From contig OZ024757.1 in the NCBI GenBank assembly GCA_964016885.1, positions 1,178,001 through 1,242,000 of the forward strand: DNA of 64,000 nucleotides, in the 5' to 3' direction. Of the stretch, positions 11,852 through 24,700 are shown in pieces (the stretch's first letter is position 1; every line of letters begins with the position of its first letter). This stretch comes from Eledone cirrhosa. Taxonomy: Eukaryota. The notes under the pieces are model-generated. The model did no database searches and had not been told where the DNA came from. It saw only the letters and a list, made by a program, of their open reading frames with translations. Position numbers and translations under genes: made by a program.

Positions 11852-14590
11852 TATAGACATAGAATATTCGAAAATATTCTGTATGTTTATAATAAACATT
11901 TTGAAGACCTAATCGCTATAGAATAGAATACGTCACGTATTACAATTAGATTCTCGATAAAAGCAAGGGAAGTAAGTCTACGCGTTTCATTCTTGTTAGA
12001 ATTCATCAGGACTACATATCCAGTGCTTTCATCGAGAATGACACAGCTAGAGACTTATAGAATACTTAGCTGTGTACAGGAACTGGTTTGAAAGAGCGGT
12101 TGCCGGTCCGGCAGAAATTAGAAATTGGAATAAATGCTCTGAAATAGCGATATATATGTGAATATAGACATAGAATATTCGAAAATATTCTGTATGTTTA
12201 TAATAAACATTTTGAAGACCTAATCGTTATAGAATAGAATACGTCACGTATTACAATTAGATTCTCGATAAAAGCAAGGGAAGTAAGTCTACGCGTTTCA
12301 TTCTTGTTAGAATTCATCAGGACTACATATCCAGTGCTTTCATCGAGAATGACACAGCTAGAGACTTATAGAATACTTAGCTGTGTACAGGAACTGGTTT
12401 GAAAGAGCGGTTGCCGGTCCGGCAGAAATTAGAAATTGGAATAAATGCTCTGAAATAGCGATATATATGTGAATATAGACATAGAATATTCGAAAATATT
12501 CTGTATGTTTATAATAAACATTTTGAAGACCTAATCGCTATAGAATAGAATACGTCACGTATTACAATTAGATTCTCGATAAAAGCAAGGGAAGTAAGTC
12601 TACGCGTTTCATTCTTGTTAGAATTCATCAGGACTACATATCCAGTGCTTTCATCGAGAATGACACAGCTAGAGACTTATAGAATACTTAGCTGTGTACA
12701 GGAACTGGTTTGAAAGAGCGGTTGCCGGTCCGGCAGAAATTAGAAATTGGAATAAATGCTCTGAAATAGCGATATATATGTGAATATAGACATAGAATAT
12801 TCGAAAATATTCTGTATGTTTATAATAAACATTTTGAAGACCTAATCGCTATAGAATAGAATACGTCACGTATTACAATTAGATTCTCGATAAAAGCAAG
12901 GGAAGTAAGTCTACGCGTTTCATTCTTGTTAGAATTCATCAGGACTACATATCCAGTGCTTTCATCGAGAATGACACAGCTAGAGACTTATAGAATACTT
13001 AGCTGTGTACAGGAACTGGTTTGAAAGAGCGGTTGCCGGTCCGGCAGAAATTAGAAATTGGAATAAATGCTCTGAAATAGCGATATATATGTGAATATAG
13101 ACATAGAATATTCGAAAATATTCTGTATGTTTATAATAAACATTTTGAAGACCTAATCGCTATAGAATAGAATACGTCACGTATTACAATTAGATTCTCG
13201 ATAAAAGCAAGGGAAGTAAGTCTACGCGTTTCATTCTTGTTAGAATTCATCAGGACTACATATCCAGTGCTTTCATCGAGAATGACACAGCTAGAGACTT
13301 ATAGAATACTTAGCTGTGTACAGGAACTGGTTTGAAAGAGCGGTTGCCGGTCCGGCAGAAATTAGAAATTGGAATAAATGCTCTGAAATAGCGATATATA
13401 TGTGAATATAGACATAGAATATTCGAAAATATTCTGTATGTTTATAATAAACATTTTGAAGACCTAATCGCTATAGAATAGAATACGTCACGTATTACAA
13501 TTAGATTCTCGATAAAAGCAAGGGAAGTAAGTCTACGCGTTTCATTCTTGTTAGAATTCATCAGGACTACATATCCAGTGCTTTCATCGAGAATGACACA
13601 GCTAGAGACTTATAGAATACTTAGCTGTGTACAGGAACTGGTTTGAAAGAGCGGTTGCCGGTCCGGCAGAAATTAGAAATTGGAATAAATGCTCTGAAAT
13701 AGCGATATATATGTGAATATAGACATAGAATATTCGAAAATATTCTGTATGTTTATAATAAACATTTTGAAGACCTAATCGCTATAGAATAGAATACGTC
13801 ACGTATTACAATTAGATTCTCGATAAAAGCAAGGGAAGTAAGTCTACGCGTTTCATTCTTGTTAGAATTCATCAGGACTACATATCCAGTGCTTTCATCG
13901 AGAATGACACAGCTAGAGACTTATAGAATACTTAGCTGTGTACAGGAACTGGTTTGAAAGAGCGGTTGCCGGTCCGGCAGAAATTAGAAATTGGAATAAA
14001 TGCTCTGAAATAGCGATATATATGTGAATATAGACATAGAATATTCGAAAATATTCTGTATGTTTATAATAAACATTTTGAAGACCTAATCGCTATAGAA
14101 TAGAATACGTCACGTATTACAATTAGATTCTCGATAAAAGCAAGGGAAGTAAGTCTACGCGTTTCATTCTTGTTAGAATTCATCAGGACTACATATCCAG
14201 TGCTTTCATCGAGAATGACACAGCTAGAGACTTATAGAATACTTAGCTGTGTACAGGAACTGGTTTGAAAGAGCGGTTGCCGGTCCGGCAGAAATTAGAA
14301 ATTGGAATAAATGCTCTGAAATAGCGATATATATGTGAATATAGACATAGAATATTCGAAAATATTCTGTATGTTTATAATAAACATTTTGAAGACCTAA
14401 TCGCTATAGAATAGAATACGTCACGTATTACAATTAGATTCTCGATAAAAGCAAGGGAAGTAAGTCTACGCGTTTCATTCTTGTTAGAATTCATCAGGAC
14501 TACATATCCAGTGCTTTCATCGAGAATGACACAGCTAGAGACTTATAGAATACTTAGCTGTGTACAGGAACTGGTTTGAAAGAGCGGTTG
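11849..14590 (-). repeat. 311-bp tandem array, left arm (~8.8 units), hammerhead-sense on the minus strand
   Basis: GAATATAGACATAG recurs at 11849, 12160, 12471 and so on (period 311). Copies appear identical except C>T at 12227. Confidence 0.97.
11972..12015 (-). ncRNA. Type I minimal hammerhead ribozyme (first of 9 minus-strand copies at 11972+311n, n=0-8)
   Basis: The reverse complement reads GUAGUC-CUGAUGA-AUUCU-AACA-AGAAU-GAAA-CGCG-UA^GACUUAC. Confidence 0.85.
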
Positions 14591-17500
14591 ATGAATTCTA
14601 ACAAGAATGAAACGCGTAGACTTACTTCCCTTGCTTTTATCGAGAATCTAATTGTAATACGTGACGTATTCTATTCTATAGCGATTAGGTCTTCAAAATG
14701 TTTATTATAAACATACAGAATATTTTCGAATATTCTATGTCTATATTCACATATATATCGCTATTTCAGAGCATTTATTCCAATTTCTAATTTCTGCCGG
14801 ACCGGCAACCGCTCTTTCAAACCAGTTCCTGTACACAGCTAAGTATTCTATAAGTCTCTAGCTGTGTCATTCTCGATGAAAGCACTGGATATGTAGTCCT
14901 GATGAATTCTAACAAGAATGAAACGCGTAGACTTACTTCCCTTGCTTTTATCGAGAATCTAATTGTAATACGTGACGTATTCTATTCTATAGCGATTAGG
15001 TCTTCAAAATGTTTATTATAAACATACAGAATATTTTCGAATATTCTATGTCTATATTCACATATATATCGCTATTTCAGAGCATTTATTCCAATTTCTA
15101 ATTTCTGCCGGACCGGCAACCGCTCTTTCAAACCAGTTCCTGTACACAGCTAAGTATTCTATAAGTCTCTAGCTGTGTCATTCTCGATGAAAGCACTGGA
15201 TATGTAGTCCTGATGAATTCTAACAAGAATGAAACGCGTAGACTTACTTCCCTTGCTTTTATCGAGAATCTAATTGTAATACGTGACGTATTCTATTCTA
15301 TAGCGATTAGGTCTTCAAAATGTTTATTATAAACATACAGAATATTTTCGAATATTCTATGTCTATATTCACATATATATCGCTATTTCAGAGCATTTAT
15401 TCCAATTTCTAATTTCTGCCGGACCGGCAACCGCTCTTTCAAACCAGTTCCTGTACACAGCTAAGTATTCTATAAGTCTCTAGCTGTGTCATTCTCGATG
15501 AAAGCACTGGATATGTAGTCCTGATGAATTCTAACAAGAATGAAACGCGTAGACTTACTTCCCTTGCTTTTATCGAGAATCTAATTGTAATACGTGACGT
15601 ATTCTATTCTATAGCGATTAGGTCTTCAAAATGTTTATTATAAACATACAGAATATTTTCGAATATTCTATGTCTATATTCACATATATATCGCTATTTC
15701 AGAGCATTTATTCCAATTTCTAATTTCTGCCGGACCGGCAACCGCTCTTTCAAACCAGTTCCTGTACACAGCTAAGTATTCTATAAGTCTCTAGCTGTGT
15801 CATTCTCGATGAAAGCACTGGATATGTAGTCCTGATGAATTCTAACAAGAATGAAACGCGTAGACTTACTTCCCTTGCTTTTATCGAGAATCTAATTGTA
15901 ATACGTGACGTATTCTATTCTATAGCGATTAGGTCTTCAAAATGTTTATTATAAACATACAGAATATTTTCGAATATTCTATGTCTATATTCACATATAT
16001 ATCGCTATTTCAGAGCATTTATTCCAATTTCTAATTTCTGCCGGACCGGCAACCGCTCTTTCAAACCAGTTCCTGTACACAGCTAAGTATTCTATAAGTC
16101 TCTAGCTGTGTCATTCTCGATGAAAGCACTGGATATGTAGTCCTGATGAATTCTAACAAGAATGAAACGCGTAGACTTACTTCCCTTGCTTTTATCGAGA
16201 ATCTAATTGTAATACGTGACGTATTCTATTCTATAGCGATTAGGTCTTCAAAATGTTTATTATAAACATACAGAATATTTTCGAATATTCTATGTCTATA
16301 TTCACATATATATCGCTATTTCAGAGCATTTATTCCAATTTCTAATTTCTGCCGGACCGGCAACCGCTCTTTCAAACCAGTTCCTGTACACAGCTAAGTA
16401 TTCTATAAGTCTCTAGCTGTGTCATTCTCGATGAAAGCACTGGATATGTAGTCCTGATGAATTCTAACAAGAATGAAACGCGTAGACTTACTTCCCTTGC
16501 TTTTATCGAGAATCTAATTGTAATACGTGACGTATTCTATTCTATAGCGATTAGGTCTTCAAAATGTTTATTATAAACATACAGAATATTTTCGAATATT
16601 CTATGTCTATATTCACATATATATCGCTATTTCAGAGCATTTATTCCAATTTCTAATTTCTGCCGGACCGGCAACCGCTCTTTCAAACCAGTTCCTGTAC
16701 ACAGCTAAGTATTCTATAAGTCTCTAGCTGTGTCATTCTCGATGAAAGCACTGGATATGTAGTCCTGATGAATTCTAACAAGAATGAAACGCGTAGACTT
16801 ACTTCCCTTGCTTTTATCGAGAATCTAATTGTAATACGTGACGTATTCTATTCTATAGCGATTAGGTCTTCAAAATGTTTATTATAAACATACAGAATAT
16901 TTTCGAATATTCTATGTCTATATTCACATATATATCGCTATTTCAGAGCATTTATTCCAATTTCTAATTTCTGCCGGACCGGCAACCGCTCTTTCAAACC
17001 AGTTCCTGTACACAGCTAAGTATTCTATAAGTCTCTAGCTGTGTCATTCTCGATGAAAGCACTGGATATGTAGTCCTGATGAATTCTAACAAGAATGAAA
17101 CGCGTAGACTTACTTCCCTTGCTTTTATCGAGAATCTAATTGTAATACGTGACGTATTCTATTCTATAGCGATTAGGTCTTCAAAATGTTTATTATAAAC
17201 ATACAGAATATTTTCGAATATTCTATGTCTATATTCACATATATATCGCTATTTCAGAGCATTTATTCCAATTTCTAATTTCTGCCGGACCGGCAACCGC
17301 TCTTTCAAACCAGTTCCTGTACACAGCTAAGTATTCTATAAGTCTCTAGCTGTGTCATTCTCGATGAAAGCACTGGATATGTAGTCCTGATGAATTCTAA
17401 CAAGAATGAAACGCGTAGACTTACTTCCCTTGCTTTTATCGAGAATCTAATTGTAATACGTGACGTATTCTATTCTATAGCGATTAGGTCTTCAAAATGT

Positions 17501-19760
17501 TTATTATAAACATACAGAATATTTTCGAATATTCTATGTCTATATTCACATATATATCGCTATTTCAGAGCATTTATTCCAATTTCTAATTTCTGCCGGA
17601 CCGGCAACCGCTCTTTCAAACCAGTTCCTGTACACAGCTAAGTATTCTATAAGTCTCTAGCTGTGTCATTCTCGATGAAAGCACTGGATATGTAGTCCTG
17701 ATGAATTCTAACAAGAATGAAACGCGTAGACTTACTTCCCTTGCTTTTATCGAGAATCTAATTGTAATACGTGACGTATTCTATTCTATAGCGATTAGGT
17801 CTTCAAAATGTTTATTATAAACATACAGAATATTTTCGAATATTCTATGTCTATATTCACATATATATCGCTATTTCAGAGCATTTATTCCAATTTCTAA
17901 TTTCTGCCGGACCGGCAACCGCTCTTTCAAACCAGTTCCTGTACACAGCTAAGTATTCTATAAGTCTCTAGCTGTGTCATTCTCGATGAAAGCACTGGAT
18001 ATGTAGTCCTGATGAATTCTAACAAGAATGAAACGCGTAGACTTACTTCCCTTGCTTTTATCGAGAATCTAATTGTAATACGTGACGTATTCTATTCTAT
18101 AGCGATTAGGTCTTCAAAATGTTTATTATAAACATACAGAATATTTTCGAATATTCTATGTCTATATTCACATATATATCGCTATTTCAGAGCATTTATT
18201 CCAATTTCTAATTTCTGCCGGACCGGCAACCGCTCTTTCAAACCAGTTCCTGTACACAGCTAAGTATTCTATAAGTCTCTAGCTGTGTCATTCTCGATGA
18301 AAGCACTGGATATGTAGTCCTGATGAATTCTAACAAGAATGAAACGCGTAGACTTACTTCCCTTGCTTTTATCGAGAATCTAATTGTAATACGTGACGTA
18401 TTCTATTCTATAGCGATTAGGTCTTCAAAATGTTTATTATAAACATACAGAATATTTTCGAATATTCTATGTCTATATTCACATATATATCGCTATTTCA
18501 GAGCATTTATTCCAATTTCTAATTTCTGCCGGACCGGCAACCGCTCTTTCAAACCAGTTCCTGTACACAGCTAAGTATTCTATAAGTCTCTAGCTGTGTC
18601 ATTCTCGATGAAAGCACTGGATATGTAGTCCTGATGAATTCTAACAAGAATGAAACGCGTAGACTTACTTCCCTTGCTTTTATCGAGAATCTAATTGTAA
18701 TACGTGACGTATTCTATTCTATAGCGATTAGGTCTTCAAAATGTTTATTATAAACATACAGAATATTTTCGAATATTCTATGTCTATATTCACATATATA
18801 TCGCTATTTCAGAGCATTTATTCCAATTTCTAATTTCTGCCGGACCGGCAACCGCTCTTTCAAACCAGTTCCTGTACACAGCTAAGTATTCTATAAGTCT
18901 CTAGCTGTGTCATTCTCGATGAAAGCACTGGATATGTAGTCCTGATGAATTCTAACAAGAATGAAACGCGTAGACTTACTTCCCTTGCTTTTATCGAGAA
19001 TCTAATTGTAATACGTGACGTATTCTATTCTATAGCGATTAGGTCTTCAAAATGTTTATTATAAACATACAGAATATTTTCGAATATTCTATGTCTATAT
19101 TCACATATATATCGCTATTTCAGAGCATTTATTCCAATTTCTAATTTCTGCCGGACCGGCAACCGCTCTTTCAAACCAGTTCCTGTACACAGCTAAGTAT
19201 TCTATAAGTCTCTAGCTGTGTCATTCTCGATGAAAGCACTGGATATGTAGTCCTGATGAATTCTAACAAGAATGAAACGCGTAGACTTACTTCCCTTGCT
19301 TTTATCGAGAATCTAATTGTAATACGTGACGTATTCTATTCTATAGCGATTAGGTCTTCAAAATGTTTATTATAAACATACAGAATATTTTCGAATATTC
19401 TATGTCTATATTCACATATATATCGCTATTTCAGAGCATTTATTCCAATTTCTAATTTCTGCCGGACCGGCAACCGCTCTTTCAAACCAGTTCCTGTACA
19501 CAGCTAAGTATTCTATAAGTCTCTAGCTGTGTCATTCTCGATGAAAGCACTGGATATGTAGTCCTGATGAATTCTAACAAGAATGAAACGCGTAGACTTA
19601 CTTCCCTTGCTTTTATCGAGAATCTAATTGTAATACGTGACGTATTCTATTCTATAGCGATTAGGTCTTCAAAATGTTTATTATAAACATACAGAATATT
19701 TTCGAATATTCTATGTCTATATTCACATATATATCGCTATTTCAGAGCATTTATTCCAAT
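14591..19760 (+). repeat. 311-bp tandem array, right arm (~16.6 units), reverse complement of the left arm
   Basis: GTAGTCCTGATGA recurs from 14893 to 19558 in steps of 311. The arm ends TTCCAAT followed by (AT)n. Confidence 0.97.
14893..14936 (+). ncRNA. Type I minimal hammerhead ribozyme (first of 16 complete plus-strand copies at 14893+311n, n=0-15)
   Basis: Stem I GUAGUC/GACU(U)AC; core CUGAUGA 14899-14905; stem II AUUCU/AGAAU with loop AACA; GAAA 14920-14923; palindromic ACGCGU stem III; predicted cleavage after GUA at 14929/14930. Confidence 0.87.
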
Positions 19761-19784
19761 ATATATATATATATATATACACAC

Positions 19785-19819
<35 letters not shown>

Positions 19820-20012
19820 GCGGTGCTGAGATCGGGGAGACCACTAATAATGGGAGTACTCGATACATGGGGAGATGTAGAGCAGATATAGAATAGAGAT
19901 GTGTTAATCCCGATCGCAGTGCCAAACGCTCGTGATTTTACACTCACACACACACATATATATATACAGAAGTATATATAGACATATATATTGGTACCAC
20001 AACATATATATA

Positions 20013-20292
20013 GTTGGTACCACAACATCCAGTCCGAAACAAATGAGGTCGTGTAGGTGTCCCGACAAAAAAAAACACACAGTCCTCGCTGTAATGTGGC
20101 CGTGTAGGCAACACGGTAAAAACCTCCCAGTCCACACTGTAAACGTGGTTGGTGTTATGAAGGGCATCCAGTCGTAGAAAACCGCCATACAGTCCTATAC
20201 GAGCAGGACAACCAATCTTGCCTCAAGTGGGAAAACTCCCGTCCAAACCCATGCAAGCGTGGAAGATGGACGTTAAACGATGATGATGATGA
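20013..20292 (+). mobile_element. RTE 3' UTR fragment (same family as 10430-10710)
   Basis: CCGAAACAAATGAG...GTAATGTGGCCGTGTAGGCAACACGGTAAAAACCTCCCAG...GGACGTTAAACGATGATGATG matches the tail of the 8.2-10.7 kb element. Confidence 0.85.
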
Positions 20293-20450
20293 TATATATA
20301 GAAATATATATATTAAAACTATATTAAAACTTTTATACTCTGCTATGTATTGAGTACCTTACTTACTGTGGTTACCTCCGATTAAACCCAGAATAACGTA
20401 GACATATATATATAGAGAGAGAGGGAGAAAGAGAGAGCCATATACATATA

Positions 20451-20757
20451 TCATCATCATCATTTTACGCCCGCTTTTCCCTGTTTGGGACGGGAACTGA
20501 TTCTGTCTTGATTTCTACAGCTGGATGCCCTTCCTAACACCAACCTCATTTACAGTAAGTGCTGGGTGCTTTTTTGCCGTGGCACCTCCACGACCACTTT
20601 GCAGTCTCTATCATCTCATTTCTACAGCTGAGTAAACTGGAGCAATGTGAAATAAAGTGTCTTGCTCAAGAAAACAACACATCACCCAGTCTAAGAATTG
20701 AACTCACAACCTTTCAATTGCAAGGCCAATGCTCGAACCACTAAGCCATGTGCCTTC
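20451..20757 (-). mobile_element. tRNA-derived SINE, second copy of the 11223-11558 family
   Basis: Same A box, B box, core and tail, with small internal deletions. Confidence 0.85.
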
Positions 20758-20880
20758 ATATATATATATATACACGCACACATTGCACACACACACACAC
20801 ATATATATATATATACACACCACACATATATATATATATATACACACCGCACTCACATATATATATACACACACATATAT

Positions 20881-21667
20881 CATCATCATCATCATCATCG
20901 TTTAACGTCCATCTTCCACGCTAGCATGGGTTAGACGGGAGTTTTGCCACTTGAGCCAAGGTTGGTTGGGTGACCGTGTCTCACTAGTATAGGACTGTCT
21001 GGCGGGTTTCCTACGGTTGGATGCCCTTCCTAACACCAACCACATTACAGTGTGGAACTGGGAACTTTTTACTGTGTTACCTACACGACCTCATTACAGC
21101 GTGGACTGTGTTTTTTGTCGTAACACCTACACGATCTCAACCTCGATCTCATTTATTTGGACTGGATGTTGTGGTACCAACTTTACAGAGAGAGGGTGGT
21201 GTTGGTGGGAGTGGGAGGATAGGGTAGGGGTAGTGGATGGGGGTGTATATTTGGTTAAGAGGTGCCTACTGAGTGTAGGTTTGGCTTTGTACATAGGCAA
21301 GGCGGGTCTTCTGTATTACTGTGTAGCACCAAAGATCTCGGTCCAGTGACATTGTCTTGGAGAGGGCAAGTGTGTAAGGTCGGAATTTATCAGATCGTCC
21401 CAGGTTTTTCTGGGTCTACCTACTCCGTAACTACCATCTATTTTGATCGCCCTATTGTCTTTCATGCGCATCACGTGACCATACCAACATAGTCTTCTCT
21501 CAAGTAAACAGCATCTGATCCCTCTTATTCCTAATTTCTCCCTTAGTTCGTTTATGCTTTGCCGTTCACGTATGTTACTATTACACATCCAGCGGAGCAT
21601 GCATGCTTCGTTTTTCTCTCCAGTCTGCGTATATCCTCTGCACACAATGCCCAGGTCTCACTGCCAT
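20881..21667 (-). mobile_element. RTE 3' fragment (RT C-terminus + 3' UTR), diverged, inverted relative to 9927-10710
   Basis: Translates GSETWALCAEDIRRLE / NEACMLRWMCNSNIRERQSINELREKLGIRGIRCCLLERRL.WYGHVMRM, with a frameshift and a deletion. The (CAT)n tail is at 20881. Confidence 0.9.
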
Positions 21668-21795
21668 TCACGTATATTACTATGACACATCCAACGTGTA
21701 TATATATATATATATACACACCATACACACACATATATATATATATACAGACACCACACACACATATATATATATATATACACACCACACACATC

Positions 21796-24700
21796 TACAC
21801 CACCCCACTCCACCCCACCCCAACAAACTAGACTACACCACACCACACCACCCCCACCCCACTCCACCACACCACACCACCCCACCACACCACCACACCA
21901 CACCACCCCACACCACCACCCCACACTATACTACACAACACTACACCACCCCACACCATCCCACCCAACCCCACCCCACGCCACACTACATCACCACACC
22001 ACCACACACCACACCACACTACACTACACCACACCACACTAAACCACCCAACCACACCCCACACTACACCACACCACACCACACCACACTACACCACACT
22101 ACACTACACCACACCACACTAAACCACCCAACCACACCCCACACCACACCACACCACACCACACTACACTACACCACACCACACTAAACCACCCAACCAC
22201 ACCCCACACTACACCACACCACACCACCCCACACCACACCACACTACACTACACCACACCACACCACACTAAACCACCCCACCACACCACACTACACCAC
22301 ACCACACCACCCCACACCACACCACACTACACTACACCACCCCACACCACGTAACCCCACCACACCACACTACACCACCCTACCCCACACTACACCACAC
22401 CACACCACACTACACCACACCACACTACACCACACCACACCACACCACACCACACCACACTACACCACCCCACACTACACCACACCACACCACCCCACAC
22501 TACACCACACCACACCATACCACACCCCACACTACACTACACCACCCCACATCACATCACACTACACCACACCACCCCACACTACACCACACCACACCAC
22601 ACTACACCACACCACACCACACCACACCACACTACACCACCCCACACTACACCACACCACACCATACCACACTACACCACACCACACCACACCACACCAC
22701 ACTACACCACACCACACTAAACCACCAAACCACACCCCACACAACACCACACCACACCACCCCACACCACACCACACTACACCACACCACACCACACTAA
22801 ACCACTCCACCACACCGCACACTACACCACACTACACTACACCACCCCACACCACCCAACCCCACCACACCACACTACACCACCCTACCCCACACTACAC
22901 CACACCACACCACACTACAACACCCCACACTACACCACACCACACCATACCACACTACACCACCCCACACTACACTACACCACACAACATCACAACAAAC
23001 TACACTACACCACACCACACTAAACCACTGCACCACACCCCACACTACACCACACTACACTACACCACCCCACACCACGTAACCCCACCACACCACACTA
23101 CATCACTGCACCACACCCCACACTACACCACACTACACTACACCACCCCACACCACGTAACCCCACCACACCACACTACACCACCCTACCCCACACTACA
23201 CCACCCTACCCCACACTACACCACACCACACCACACTACAACACACCACACTACACCACACCGCACCACACTACACCACCCCACACTACACCACACCACA
23301 CCACACCACACCACACCACACCATACCACACCCCACACTACACTACACCACCCCACATCACACCACACTACACCACACCACCCCACACTACACCACACCA
23401 CACCACACTACACCACACGACACCACACGACACCACACTACACCACCCCACACTACACCACACCACACCATACCACACTACACCACACCACACCACACCA
23501 CACCACACCACACTACACCACACCACACTAAACCACCAAACCACACCCCACACAACACCACACCACACCACCCCACACCACACCACACTACACCACACCA
23601 CACCACACTAAACCACTCCACCACACCGCACACTACACCACACTACACTACACCACCCCACACCACCCAACCCCACCACACCACACTACACCACCCTACC
23701 CCACACTACACCACACCACACCACACTACAACACCCCACACTACACCACACCACACCATACCACACTACACCACCCCACACTACACTACACCACACAACA
23801 TCACAACAAACTACACTACACCACACCACACTAAACCACTGCACCACACCCCACACTACACCACACTACACTACACCACCCCACACCACGTAACCCCACC
23901 ACACCACACTACATCACTGCACCACACCCCACACTACACCACACTACACTACACCACCCCACACCACGTAACCCCACCACACCACACTACACCACCCTAC
24001 CCCACACTACACCACCCTACCCCACACTACACCACACCACACCACACTACAACACACCACACTACACCACACCGCACCACACTACACCACCCCACACTAC
24101 ACCACACCACACCACACCACACCACACCACACCATACCACACCCCACACTACACTACACCACCCCACATCACACCACACTACACCACACCACCCCACACT
24201 ACACCACACCACACCACACAACACCACACGACACCACACCACACCACACTACACCACCCCACACTACACCACACCACACCATACCACACTACACCACACC
24301 ACACCACACCACACCACACTACACTACACCACACCACACTAAACCACCCAACCACACCCCACACTACACCACACCACACCACCCCACACCACACCACACT
24401 ACACTACACCACACCACACTAAACCACCCCACCACACCCCACACTACACCACACTACACTACACCACCCCACACCACCCAACCCCACCACACCACACTAC
24501 ACCACCCTACCCCACACTACACCACACCACACCACACTACAACACCCCACACTACACCACACCACACCATACCACACTACACCACCCCACACTACACTAC
24601 ACCACCCCACATCACACCACACCACACCACCCCACACTACACCACACCACACCACACCACACCACACCACACCACACTACACCACACCACACCATACTAC

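Noticed and set aside
11849-19760. Autonomous Penelope element at this locus
   Set aside because: No Penelope RT or GIY-YIG ORF is present in the window. Only the non-coding hammerhead repeat is supported.
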